Shown piece after piece: positions 51,026 to 62,747 of a stretch of 64,000 nt of DNA (position 1 is its first letter; every line of letters begins with the position of its first letter). A program made the position numbers and the translations under genes. Under the pieces are notes generated by a model. It saw only the letters and a program-made list of their open reading frames with translations. It was not told the origin of the DNA and did not search any database. This DNA comes from Lama glama (lineage: Eukaryota), in contig CM052817.1 in assembly GCA_028534125.1 (NCBI GenBank), forward strand, positions 4,528,001 to 4,592,000. The letters run 5' to 3'.

Positions 51026-52336
51026 AAGGGGGTCCTCTTATTCTGTCCAGTCCTCTCCTGTGACAGGTGACGCATCCCCTCCCACGGCAGCACCTCTGTG
51101 CTCCATCGCCCCTCCTCTGTCTGTTCAACGGCTGTGCTTCTTCAGTTGTTGTTTGCAGGATGCTGTGTGGGGACCAGAAGGATAGAAAGGCAGATCTCTG
51201 TTCTCAAAGACTCATCAGGGTCCTGGCATGTCAGAGCATTAGGGTGGGGTGGGGGCCAGAATGCTCAGCCGGAATCAGAGGCCCGGGCAGCTCGCGCTGC
51301 TGTCTGTGGTCAGCGTGTTCTCAGGAATATCACTTCCGCTCTTTGTGTCTTTGCTCATTTCTGTCCAATGAGAGGCTCATGCTTTGGGGAGGGAACGTGC
51401 ACTGTGGAGGAAGCACAGGATATGGAGACACACTGGTGGGGATGGCGTCCAAGCTTCCTGCCTGTGCAGCCTTGGGCTAGTGACTTAACCTTCCTGAGCC
51501 TTAGTTTCCTCATCTGTAAAATGGGAGAAATAGAATTCACGTGTGTACAGGGATGGGCATACGCCTGGCACTTGGGAAGGAATTGCTGTTGTTCTGATTG
51601 TCGGTATCACTGAGAGCTGCTGTGGTCTGTGATTCAGAGGGGGGTGGGCGGGGCAGAGAGCGGGGAGGCGAGGCAAAGGGAAGCCTCCTCAGTGAGATCA
51701 GGGTCCTGCTCGGTTTAAATGGTGTGTCTGTACCGCAGCACTGGGATCTCAGGACACGCGGCAAGGGCAGAAAGGAGCCGGCATCCGTTGTGATTACAAG
51801 GGGCCGCGGGAGCTAGGCCAGCCCTGGCTTTCTGTTGATACTCTTCCAGGGTAGCCATCACAGGGTTGGAAGAGGCCAAACCCGGATTCTCCATCCACTG
51901 ATGGCGGATCCAGCTCCCAGGAGGCTCCTGGACGCACTGGGGTCCACCTTCCTCAGTCCCCGCTGTGTGGCTGATATGCCCCGGCAGTGACAGCCAGGGG
52001 ACACACAGGACCTGTGAGCGGTCATTAAAGGGTCTTTCCATAGCTCTGCAAACACGCTTCTTACTGAAATGTAAGCCCTGGTTTGCTGAGTCCCTGTGAC
52101 AACAGTGTCCTTTGCCCAGGACCAGGACATAGCCCCAGTGTCAGCACAGGTCCACATCCTTCTTTCCTCATAGGTTTTAAGTTCCAGTCCTTATACACTC
52201 TTTTTGAAAAAATCTTCAGGATTGAAGAAAGTTACTGTACCAGCAGAAGCAACCCTTCTCACCCTGCTTTTAAAAGCTTTGTAAGTGTAGCATGAAATAT
52301 TTTTCATTTTCTAATAATTTCTGTATTTGATTGTAG

Positions 52337-52405
52337 TATGGGGACATTTCAAGAGACATTCAAGGAACTTCTGAGAATGGAGTCATTTTTCAGAAATGTG
52401 CAGTG
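52337..52405 (+). CDS. EVC2: EVC2 coding exon 4 (69 nt): YGDISRDIQGTSENGVIFQKCAV
   Basis: Matches recalled human YGDISREVQGTSENGVIFQKCAL. Acceptor ttgtag, donor GTG|gtaagt. Confidence 0.96.
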
Positions 52406-52762
52406 GTAAGTGTTCATGGGTGGCTTAGACTTAAAGAGGAAATAATTGAGTTTGCCCAAATCATGTATTAGCTGGGAGCTGGCAAGTCACGTGGTTATCC
52501 ACCCACGTCTGAGCACGGGTGAGGAGGGGGTGACCCGCAGGGACCTTATATTTTATATGGCAGCACCAAGACTGAGATTTTTTGGTAACAGTATAATTAT
52601 TGTGAGTGAAAATCCTCTGTGATTGTTTAAAATGGGAAAGAGAGTATATATTTTCTCTGAGAGTTTAACGTTTGTATGATGCTTGACAGCTTAAAAATGT
52701 ATTTAATACCTTTTAGGTCTTTGATCCTTACTAATCTCATGAGATGGCTTTCACGTTGTCCT

Positions 52763-53330
52763 TGTGTTGGGGGTTCCCCAAGACCACCCTCAGGTTCAGT
52801 GGCTCCTTCAGAGGACTCAGAGCTCAGAACAGCTGATGTTGCAGTTACGGTTCATTATAGCAAATGGCGTAGAGTAAAGTCAGCAAAGTGAAAGGCACGT
52901 CAGACAGAGCTCCGGAGACGCCGGCCCAAGACAGCCCTGTCTCCTGGCGGAGCTGCAGGGGTAGCATGCAGGTTTCCCAGCAGTGACATGTGACGTAATT
53001 CAGGGCGCTCTCCGGAGCTGTGGAATCCAGGGTTTTTACTGAGGACCAGTCACGTTGGTGCGGAACGCCCATGTCGCTGACCTCGGTTATTCAGTCTCCC
53101 GCCCCTCCAGAGGTCACGCTGGGCCCAAGGCCCCCGCCACGAATCACACTGTTAGCGTAGACCCCTGGTGTGGCCCAGGGCCGTGGGTATGCAAAGACAA
53201 TCTCACCAGGCAGGACGTTCTGAAGACTCTAGAGGTCAGTCTCCCAGGAGCTGGCCCAGGACCAGCCCTCATTTTGGGATGCGCAGCGTTTGGACAGTCC
53301 CAGCCTGCTGAGTTAACCCTTTACTGCACA
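52763..53330. mobile_element. MER21-like solo LTR
   Basis: Starts tgtgttgggggttccccaagaccaccctcaggttcagtgg and ends cctgctgagttaaccctttactgcaca; both ends similar to the 62206-62747 element. Confidence 0.75.
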
Positions 53331-53339
53331 ACCGTCATT

Positions 53340-53650
53340 TTCTTTTCTTTTCTTTTTTTTCCTTTCTTTCTTTTTACTGAAGTATAGTTGATTTACAATG
53401 TTGTGTTAGTTTCAGGTGTCCAGCAAAGTGATTCAGTTACATATATGCATATATATAAACCTATTCTTTTTCAGGTTCTTTCCCACCATAGGTTATTACA
53501 AGATATTGAACACAGTTCCCTGGGCTGTACAGTCGGTCCTTGTTGGTTATCTATTTTATACATAGCAGTGTGTGTCTGCTATTCCCAAATTCCTAACTTA
53601 CCCGTCCCCCCTTTTCCCCTTTGGTAACTGAAGTTTGTTTCCTGTGTCTG
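53340..53650 (-). mobile_element. LINE-1 3' UTR fragment with T-rich tail
   Basis: tgaagtatagttgatttacaatgttgtgttagtttcaggtgt; same family as the 10101 and 47838 copies. Confidence 0.85.
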
Positions 53651-54599
53651 CATAACCCTCACTTTAATCCAGGCTCTCGGCTGTCTGGCTCCCCTCCCTG
53701 AGCACAGTTGGTGCTACCAGTTTCTCATGTCCTGGAACTGTTTTCTGGCCCATGCGTGCAGTTACGAGCATGTGTGTGTACATGCACGTACGTGTGTCCA
53801 TATGCACAGGTACATACACGTACTTTACTTCTTCCCCTTTTCTACACAGGTGCCAGTGCATCCTGTACACCAAGTTCTACAACTTGCTCTTTTCACTATT
53901 ACATTTCAAAGCTCACTCCTCTTGGGACATGCGTTGCTTCCCTCTCTCAGCTCCTGCATCTCTTTCAGCAGAACTGGGGTGAAGAAGGGGCAGGAGAGCT
54001 GGGAGATGTGGCCTAGAGAGAGGGGGCAGGGCAGGGTTGCAGAAGCCAGGCGGGGAGCCCAGCAGCTGGACCCCTGGATGGCTTCCACCAGCTGAGGTAC
54101 TCGAACACGTGGCCGGGCAGAACCCGGATTGCAAAGACTGGCTAGGAGGCTGGAGTCCAGCTTAGGACCTGCGGTCCTGGAGATCAGATGGCAGTCAGAG
54201 GCCCTGGCCTGGCTGGGGCTGAATCTTCAAAAGAATAGAGTAAGAGGGAGCCACTGTTTGCTTTCCTTGGTGACCCCAGTTGTCAGTTTCCCCAGCGTTT
54301 CCCCAGCCTGCCTGTGGGTCTGTGCTCGGGTGCTTTTTCTTCAAAGTTACTCTGGGGGTGTGATTTCACTGCATTTCAGGGTCCTGGTTTCTGTGAAACA
54401 GCTTGGCAAGCAGAAGTCAAAACTCTCCTGGGGCCCTTGAAGTCAGACCTGATAAATCCTCAGAACCTTTGTGAGACCATAATCCTCCTGCCCTTTAAAG
54501 ACCTAACGGGCGCAAGTCAAGCCAGAGCCTCATTTTGGGAAGTTGGGTTTGCCGGCAAGTCTGGCCTCACTTCACCTCCTGTCTTGGGTGTCCTCGCAG

Positions 54600-54774
54600 A
54601 GCGAGTGGCCGGTGGCCCACATACAACTGCTGGTGAACAACACCAGGACGCCCGCGGCCGCCAACCTCTCTGATCTGCTCCTGTTGGACAACATCACTGG
54701 CCTGGCCGTTAGGGGATCGACTGGTAACCAGACCTCGAGAGGGTTCCAGGCTTTCAGGAAGAAGTTTCTGCAAG
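54600..54774 (+). CDS. EVC2: EVC2 coding exon 5 (175 nt using the CAG acceptor at 54597-54599; homologous start would be 54588): SEWPVAHIQLLVNNTRTPAAANLSDLLLLDNITGLAVRGSTGNQTSRGFQAFRKKFLQ
   Basis: Matches recalled human LLVNNTKTTSSANLSELLLLDSIAGL...GFQAFSKKFLQ. Donor G|gtgaga; the 5' boundary is inferred. Confidence 0.88.
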
Positions 54775-55965
54775 GTGAGAGCGCCGTGTACAATGTCAGG
54801 GTGGAAAATGCTGAAAATACGCACCGATGCTCGCAGAGCATGGGAGGTGCGGCCAGCATAGCCTTAGACACGTGGCGCGTTCACACAGTGCATCCTCATA
54901 ACGGATGCTGCTCTCGGGGTGTCAGAGGAGACCGCTGCTCAGTGTCCACAGCCAGGAAGCTGGGTTTGTCACTGAAGTTAGAGGGAGGTGGGACTTGGGG
55001 GAAGAGTTTTAAAAATAGGTATACTCAATATTTATTATGAAAAATTTCAAACATACACTAAGATCGAGTTCATAGTGCATGCCGGCATCTCCATCACCCG
55101 ATGACCAAAATCTCCATCACTCAAAGGAAGAGTTTGTTTTGGGGAGTGCTGGATGGAGGGGTTTGGCATCGGCCCTGGAAGCTCGCTCATGACACGTCCA
55201 GGCACTGTCAGGAGTGGTCACAGGAGCACCTCCACTGCTGATTTGTTGCCTTTCAGAGCGTGATGCCGTCCCTGGTTGGCTTTCGGAGGTGTGTTTCCTG
55301 AGGCGAATTGTCATTATTTCATTAGGGAGACTTAAAACCAATTCTGGGATTCAGTTGTTCCTCTGTCTCTAGAGCTGTCAGTTTTTCTGGGAAGGTGAGA
55401 CTTCTTTTATTCTGAGGGGGTACCTCGTATACAGATGAAAAGACCCAAGCGGTGAGGAACTTGCCCGAGGCCATCGGGCTGGCAGTCAAGGCTGCTTCAG
55501 ACTCGGACAGTCTGGCTCCCCCATCCAGGCCGTGACCGTTACGTATGGTGGATCTCACATCTCACGTGCCAAGGACTCGCTCCGACCTCTCCGCTTCCAC
55601 ACGTGTGGCCCACGCCGCTCATCAGTCCCGCCACTCTTTCTCTCTGAGCCTAGACGAAGCCTCAGAACCCTTCTTAACACTGCCTTGTTGACGGAAGCTG
55701 CCAGTGGAGTTGGCCCACAAGTGGCGATCTCTGCTGGCTCTGGTTTAAGCAGTGTCAGAAAGTTTCCCAGCTAAGTGATCTTTAGTGCCTTTCTTTTCAA
55801 TGATGTCAAAATAAATCCCACCCACCAATTCTTAAGGTGGTATTGGCCTTTAGAAACCACCGAATTTCTCTGACCTCCGGGTGTCACACGTGATAATGAG
55901 AACCAGCACTTTCCTCCCTGAATCCCTGAATTTGGGATAAGGGAGTTTATTCATGCTTTTTTCAG

Positions 55966-56099
55966 GTTTGTTTTGTTTTGTTTTGTTTTTTTGGCGGGGA
56001 GTAATTAGGTTTCTTTCCTTTTAGAGGAGGTGCTGGGGATTGAACCCAGGACCTTGCACGTGGTAAGCCTTCGCTCTGCCGCTTGGGCGATACCCTCCC
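55966..56099 (-). mobile_element. tRNA-Ala-derived SINE (vic-1-like)
   Basis: ggggagtaattaggttt...gaggtgctggggattgaacccaggaccttgcacgtggtaagcc...taccctccc. Confidence 0.85.
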
Positions 56100-57248
56100 T
56101 CAGAGAACGATCTGGACTCTGCAAAGTGCTGCTGAGTCAGAGGCTATTCTGTTGTGATTATTTTTATGTGTGTGTGTGGTAAAAACACACATAGCGTAAG
56201 AGCTATTGTCTTAACAAACTTGTAAGTGTGCAGGACGGCATTGTTAGCTGTACACATGTGCTCAGCGGAGCTGCACAACTTTTCCATCCTGTGTGACCGA
56301 AATTCTCTCCCCACTAAACAGCAACCCTGTCACCCCTTCTCCTAACCCCGGCAACTGTTTTCACTCTTACTACCGTATTATAATTGCTATGTATGCCCAC
56401 ATGCCTCTGCCTCCAAGGCTCTACATGCCCTGAGGGCAGGATCCCAGTTGTGTTTGTGAACTCACCAGGATCTCAAGGGATCTGACACTGGTTTTCAACT
56501 TAGTGGGCAGGAAACTTTTTCCCAAAGGGTAAGTATAGAAGTGTAGCCTCAGATGACCGATCCGACCCCAGCCTGTTGACACTCTGGCAATATTGTCACC
56601 CTCATCATGGTCATTTGCTTTTTTTGTCAGAGTCACGGTCATTTAGAGGAAAGGTGACAGGCCCAAGAGGTTTGGGTGGCTTCCCACTTGTTTACTGGGT
56701 GACCCTAAGCGAGTCACTTCCCCTCTCTCCGTCTCACTTTCCTTTTGTGTCCGCAACAGGAAATATTGTAATCTCCATCCGTCTCAGGGCATGGTTTGGA
56801 GACCAGCTGGGTTGACGTCCTGCAGATGCTTTGAGGGTGATAGAGTCCCACGCCAGGGTGAGGTCTGATGAGTGACCTTCGCCTGTGTTATCATCTTCAT
56901 CAACTTGGTCTTTATCACCGTATCTTTATGATCCTAGCTTTTATCGTTATATAAAAATAAAATGTAAATGTTGAGGACGTTTAAAACAAAAATCCTAAAG
57001 ATTCCATAGCCTAGAGTTCTGGGTGGGGGCGGAGGGGCAGGTAGAGCTCCTTGCACCTGCTGACACCCCCTCCTAGTGAAAAAGGAGGGGGCGAGCATGC
57101 CTGCCCAGTTTATTCTGCCTGCTTATAAGTATGTGAGTCAGAGGGGCCTTGCTGCGCTGTCGGCCGTGACGCGGCCCTCCTCTGCGCGGCTGTGTCTGGG
57201 GTGTGACAGGTCCCTCTCCTCACCCGCATGTGCTTTCTCTCTGAACAG

Positions 57249-57358
57249 TCGGAGACTCCTTTTCGGTCAGCTACACAGCCTCGCTGGAGGTGGAAGACGT
57301 CGAGGGTGGAGAGGTCCTGATGCTGCCTGCCCGGCTCTCCTTCCAGACTTCCTCCCCG
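57249..57358 (+). CDS. EVC2: EVC2 coding exon 6 (110 nt): (V)GDSFSVSYTASLEVEDVEGGEVLMLPARLSFQTSSP
   Basis: Aligns to recalled human VGDAFAVSYAATLQAGDLGNGESLKLPAQLTFQSSSR. Acceptor gaacag, donor CCG|gtattg. Confidence 0.93.
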
Positions 57359-57659
57359 GTATTGCCTTTGTTCCTCTGATTTCTGTCCTGCTGCTTTAGA
57401 AACTGTGGGCACAGTATCTGCTAGTTCATTCTTTTTTCCTCCCTTCCTCCTTTCCTTCAGTGATACCGAATTCTGGAAGTGCATGGGCCCTGGGACCTTA
57501 CACACTTTACCGTGAACCAGGCTCCCTTGGAGCTCCTGGTGACCTTGAGTAACTACATACCCTCTCTGGGCCTGATTATGAAGATGCATGATCACTCGAT
57601 GTGAACTTCTCAGCACTGTGTCCCGTGCATGACGGGCAGTCAGCCAGGAGCTCCCATTA

Positions 57660-58028
57660 GTGTTGGTTCGCTCAAGCTGCCGAGGCACGGTGTACCAGAT
57701 GGCTCAAAAGGCCAGAGATTTATTTGTTCACCATTCTGGGGGCTGGAGGTCCAGATCCAGGTGGGGGCAGGGTTGGTCTCTTCTTGAGGCCTCTCTCCTC
57801 AGCATGTAGCTGGCCGTCTTCTCCCTGTGTCCTCACGTGGTCGTCCCTCTGGGCGTGTCTGTGTCCTGGTCGCCTCCTCTCAGGAGGACCCCGGTCAGAT
57901 GCGATTAGAGTCCACCCAGCCTCTGATTACGTCTGTAAAGGCTCTGTCACAAACACAGCCACATTCTGAGGTTCCGGGGCCAGGGCTTCAGCATACGGGT
58001 TTTAGGGGACGTTATTCAGCCTGTAACA
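57660..58028 (-). mobile_element. MaLR (MLT1-like) solo LTR
   Basis: Motifs atttatttgttcaccattctgggggctggaggtcc and acagccacattctgagg; ends in attcagcctgtaaca. Confidence 0.75.
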
Positions 58029-60779
58029 CTGTTACTGTTAGCACCTTCATTTTCCAGTCCGCTCTCTGTTAAGCCACATGGGCGGTGGGTATGGTTGGCT
58101 GCGTGGCCCATGCCCAGTGCTGCGCCCTCCTGGGGACGCAGAGGAGGAGAGCCGTCCTCGTCTTCGAGGCGCTTGTGCTCTAGTTACTGGGGCCACGTGG
58201 TTCCGACTTCAGCCTCTGGAGAAAGTCCCTTTTAATAGATCAGGAAAACGAGGCTCCAAGTGTGACTGCCCCAGGCCACGTGACAGAATCAAAATCCGAC
58301 CCCCCCAGTGGCCGGCTCCTCCCACCCAAGGCCGAAGGGCCTGTGTGCAGCATTTCTGCTGCTGTAAGAAAAAAATCCTGGATAAAATTGAATAAAATGA
58401 AAAATTCCAGAAAGATAAAGATGAGATACAAGAAAACTGTGTAAAACTGTCAGAGAAAACAGATGTCTCAGAAAACGATTAAGTGTGGAGTGAAGAACAG
58501 AGGACAAAAAAGGATTAAAAAAATGGAGAGAAAATGGCCCAGAAGAGATACCTTCCTGGTTTCAAAGGACAGGAAACTGAGTATGTTAAAATCAGACTTT
58601 AGGATAAGGCACCAGTCAGAAACCAACAGCGAGAAACTCAGGAACCCAGTGGCACCGGGAGCCTCCACCCCCTCTCAGGGGCGTGAGGACGTCGGGCCAG
58701 GGCGGCCGCACGCCTCCCGGAGGTGCCTGGCGAGTCCGCTGGGGCAGCGGGAGGCGTGCGGTCCAGGAGCCCCTCACTCACGCCAGGGCGACCTTCCCGG
58801 CGTCCCGCCCTGACAGCTCCTGTCCGTTGCTTTGCTTGGTGCCTGTCTGTGTCTATGGACTCCATCCCCTGGAGCCCCCTACAGCCCACTGGAAAGTCGC
58901 TCCGTGAGACCAGGGACCTCGCTGGCCCTGTTCCCAGCTGTGTTCTCAGCGCCTGAAATAGAGCCCCGCACACGCTAGGTGCACAGTGAAAATGTGCTGA
59001 CTGAAAGAATGAACAGATCTGTGAACTAATGATTCTTGGACAGGTGTGCTTTCTCCTTTTTAACTTCTCTGAGCCTCAGGTTTCTTATCTGTAAACGGGA
59101 AATTGTCTTGTAATGCTTCCAGCCTTTTGTGGGTATAAGAGAAATGATTTTCTCTTTGCAAATGGCCTGCAGTCTCCTTCCCCCTCCAAGCCTTCAGGGG
59201 CTCTCTGGGCAGTTCTGTGGACAGAGTGGAGGGTCCCCCAGCCCACCTGGAGTTTCCAGAGCTCCAGGTTTCATGGCATGTGTTCCAGGCTCCTGCCTGC
59301 CTGCCCGTAGAGTGTCAGCGTCTCCCTTCCTTCCCCTGCTCAGCAGCAGCTCGTGGGAGGCCAGCATTTGCTGAGGGGTAAGTTTAGGTGATGGTGAGCG
59401 CTCCCGTGCCTCATTCTCTAATCGGTTCCCCCGGTTGGACTTCAGTTTCCTTGAGGGACCCCCAGGCCTTCCTACGTGATGACAAGAAGGCCAGGTGTGT
59501 TTGGGGCTGAAACTGGTCAGACCCAAAGTCTGAGTGAGGTTCATATCGACCCCAGGTGAGAACCCTGGTCTGCCCTGGGTGGCGGTCAGCCGTGCAGAGG
59601 CTCACACTGCAAATGGGAGAGTAAAGGAGCTATTTAAAAACACAGGTGCCCAAGAGGATGAAATCCTCCAAGTCGGTGTGTGGAGGTGTCTGGGATTTCA
59701 GGGGTGGGAGCACTGCCCTGGTGTATTTTCAGAGGTAGTTCCGCATCTCTGGGCTTCAGTACCCCAAACCCGAAAAAGAGAGGAGTGAGAAGACCCCCCA
59801 GATCTCTTCTTGTTCTGACAGCTTAAAACTGCGTGAGAGCGGTGGAGAGGCAGTAAAGACAGTGGCCCCTGACTCATCGCCGGAGCAGGAGGTGGTACCG
59901 TCAGAAGTGCTCTGTGTCGGGTCTGGAAGCTGCTTTCTCAAACACACATGCACATGTGCAGACATAGATGCACGTGGACATGGACGCATACATACACACG
60001 CACACACGCACGCACCTCAAATTCATACAAGGTTAGAGGTTGAGAAGGAAAAATCTAGAACATTCATCTCAAGTTTCTTACAGTATATTGTAGCAACCGC
60101 ACGCCCACCTTATGAAACCATCACTGTGTCTCTCATGGCCCGTGGCTTCTGACTCCAGGCTGTAATCTGAAACATGTTTCCCGAGCCTGGAAGTTTATGC
60201 AGGAAGCACAGGGCTGAGGATTTAGGTTTTGTAAAGAGGTGGAGACAGCTCTGTAGAGCTTTCAGCCCCTCTCGGCTTAGACCCTGGGAGTCAGTGAACT
60301 CAGGGAGGAGGGACCCAGAGGCAGGAGAGAGCAGCAGAGGAAGCTGAACACGGGCCTCGGCGTGCGGGTCAGGAGAGCCTGGAGCTCGCGGGGCGCCATG
60401 GATGTTCCGAAGCCCCGACAGCTCCGGAGCAGAAGGGGCCAAGCGGTCGCTTCCTAGTTGTCTCTTCTTTAAAGGCTTGTTTTGTTTTTGTTTTGAATTT
60501 CCATTTCCCTCCTGGAACAAAAAAGAAGCTGGTAGTAGTTTGATTTCCTTCTGGAGCCCCCCTTAGCTTGTCCTGCTGGCCCATGATGCGTCTGGGATAC
60601 TCCAGTGTTCCCAGTAGCAACTGCAGGGCGTGGATCCGGGGTTTCCTACTGGTCCACCAGGGCCCATCAGGTTAGGGGAAAATGCCCCCGGAGTGGCTGT
60701 GATAGGATTACACGGGGGGTGCCTAGCCCACTGGACGTCCAGTTGCAAGTCCCCCGGCCAGGTTATCTGCAAGGAGGAG

Positions 60780-60838
60780 ACCGCCAACGCCACCGCCGCC
60801 GCTGCCGCCACCACCACCACCGCCACCGCCACCGCCAG
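60780..60838. repeat. (CCG/CCA)n trinucleotide tract in EVC2 intron 6
   Basis: Directly visible. Confidence 0.85.
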
Positions 60839-61488
60839 CTACACCCAATAGCAGTAATACTTTCATAGCACTGCCCCCTATGTGGGAACTCTTCTAAAGA
60901 ATTATCACAGCCACCCTAGAGTTGAATATAACTCCCATTGTACAGATGAAGACACCGAGGCCCAGAGAGGTTAATACCTTGTCCAGAGGCAGAGCGCTGG
61001 TGCGTGACGGGCCGGCCCTGACCCGGGCAGTCCGCTCTCAACACAACCCTGCATGGCTTTTCGGTTGCAGGACATTCTGCCTCCACGTGTGGGGAGAAGT
61101 GTGTGCTCCCAGTGGGCCTCCTCAGACCACCCGGTCGGACAGACGGCAGTCACACGCTCACCCTGTGTTCCCTGAGCAGGGGCGGACTGGAAGCCCCGCC
61201 TGACCCCAGCCCCGTGTGTTTCGCCCCAGGGGCCCACTGCCCGTGCTGTCTTGGCAGCGAGGGAAGCTGCTGTTCGGATTTCACACGTGCCTCCGGGAGA
61301 GAAGGAGGCATCACAGCCCCATAGACCTTTCCCCTAAAGGGACTCTGAGGCCCCAGCAAGCCCCAGCCCCTCAACAGCCAGAGGCCCGCTTAGCTCCAGG
61401 CGGGGTGGGGGGGGGCGGAAACACGCCAATACTGCCCGTGGGGCCCATGCCAAGACCTGCTGACTGATGTGCTTTTTTTTTTTTCTAG

Positions 61489-61542
61489 AATAGAATCCAG
61501 CTAGAAGCCCTTTTCACCATAACAACAGAAGAAAAGGTAACG
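61489..61542 (+). CDS. EVC2: EVC2 coding exon 7 (54 nt): NRIQLEALFTITTEEKVT
   Basis: Aligns to recalled human NRTQLKVLFSITAEENVT. Strong poly-T acceptor ending ctag, donor ACG|gtaaga. Confidence 0.93.
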
Positions 61543-62205
61543 GTAAGAGAAAGTGTGTGACCTGGATGCCCACCTCTGCCCCTGGCGTGTCTCTTTCTGC
61601 CGGTGATGTGTGGCCTCTCACTGTTCTCAGAGCTGAGGGGAGGGGCCCCCACTGGCCTTAGACTCCAGGCGCACGTGGAGGCTGGGGTCCCCTGGCCCGA
61701 GACCGCCCGGCTAGTTTCCCGGGTGCCCCCTTCATCGGGGCGGGCCGGGTAGGTCAGCGCGCAGACAGGCTGAGGCCCCGCCCACCCGCCTGTGCGCCTG
61801 CCCAGCTGTTCCTGCCTGCCCTGCAGTGTTCGTCCCGGGACCAGTGGGTGGTCACGCCTTGTCTTCCCAGAGTTTCCCAGATCTTCCCAGGGCCGTCCAG
61901 GGGCAGCCACGCTTCCTCTGCTGTTCACCATCAACACTTCTCCATCTTTGTTCACCATTCGATCACCTGCAGCTCGTGCCTTCACTCCTTTGCTTGTTCA
62001 TCAAATGTTTATTCACCAAATGACCACACTTCACGTTTCTTAAGTGCCCTCTCGCTGCCGGCAGCCTAAGCAAAGGACAGGCTGAATCGTGTCGCCTTCA
62101 GCACAGTCTTGGCGGACAGATTGTACTTTTAAACCCCTCCATTTCATGGATGGGGAAACTGAGGCACACCTAGGTCAGGTAGTCTGTCCGAGGTCACATG
62201 GCTAG

Positions 62206-62747
62206 TGTGTCAGGGTCCCCAGACCACCCGCAGGTTCAGTGGTTCCCCAGGAGGACTCACAGCGCAGCACGTGTGGTTGTACCAGGCTGGTTTATCACAG
62301 AGAAAGGATGCAAAGCAGAGTCGGCAAGAGCACAGGCACGTGGGGCGAGGTCTGGAGGGTACCAGGTGCAGGCTTCCAGAGTCTTCTCCCAGTAGAGGCA
62401 CGCAGGACATGCTTCATCCCTCAGGCGTCAAGTTGTGACAACATATGTGAAGTGCCGTTCCATTCCCAGGGAAGCTCAGGAGAGTCCCCAGGATTTGTCC
62501 TGGGAGTTGGGCGCAAGGGCATCCTCTGCCTGGCACATCCCAGGACTCCAGACTCTCCGAAGGACCGCAGGTGTTCAGCGTAAATCACATCGTTTGCACA
62601 ACAGTTTAGGCCTCGTGAGCTGCTTTTATCGGGATGGTGCGAACCCTTCGAAATTCCGGTTCCCAGATGCCAGCTAAGACCCAGCCTTGGGAGCAGCCCT
62701 TCCAAGGGATGGAAGTCTTGAGCCTGCTGTGTGAGCCTTTCTGCACA
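62206..62747. mobile_element. MER21-like solo LTR inserted into a MIR
   Basis: TG...CA termini with 5-bp TSD gctag / ggtag. MIR core on both sides: gaaactgaggcac...aggtcacatggctag on the left, ggatttaacccagg on the right. Confidence 0.8.

Noticed and set aside
60780..60840. Poly-Ala/Thr or poly-Val coding exon
   Set aside because: An intronic simple repeat; EVC2 exons 6 and 7 join in frame without it.
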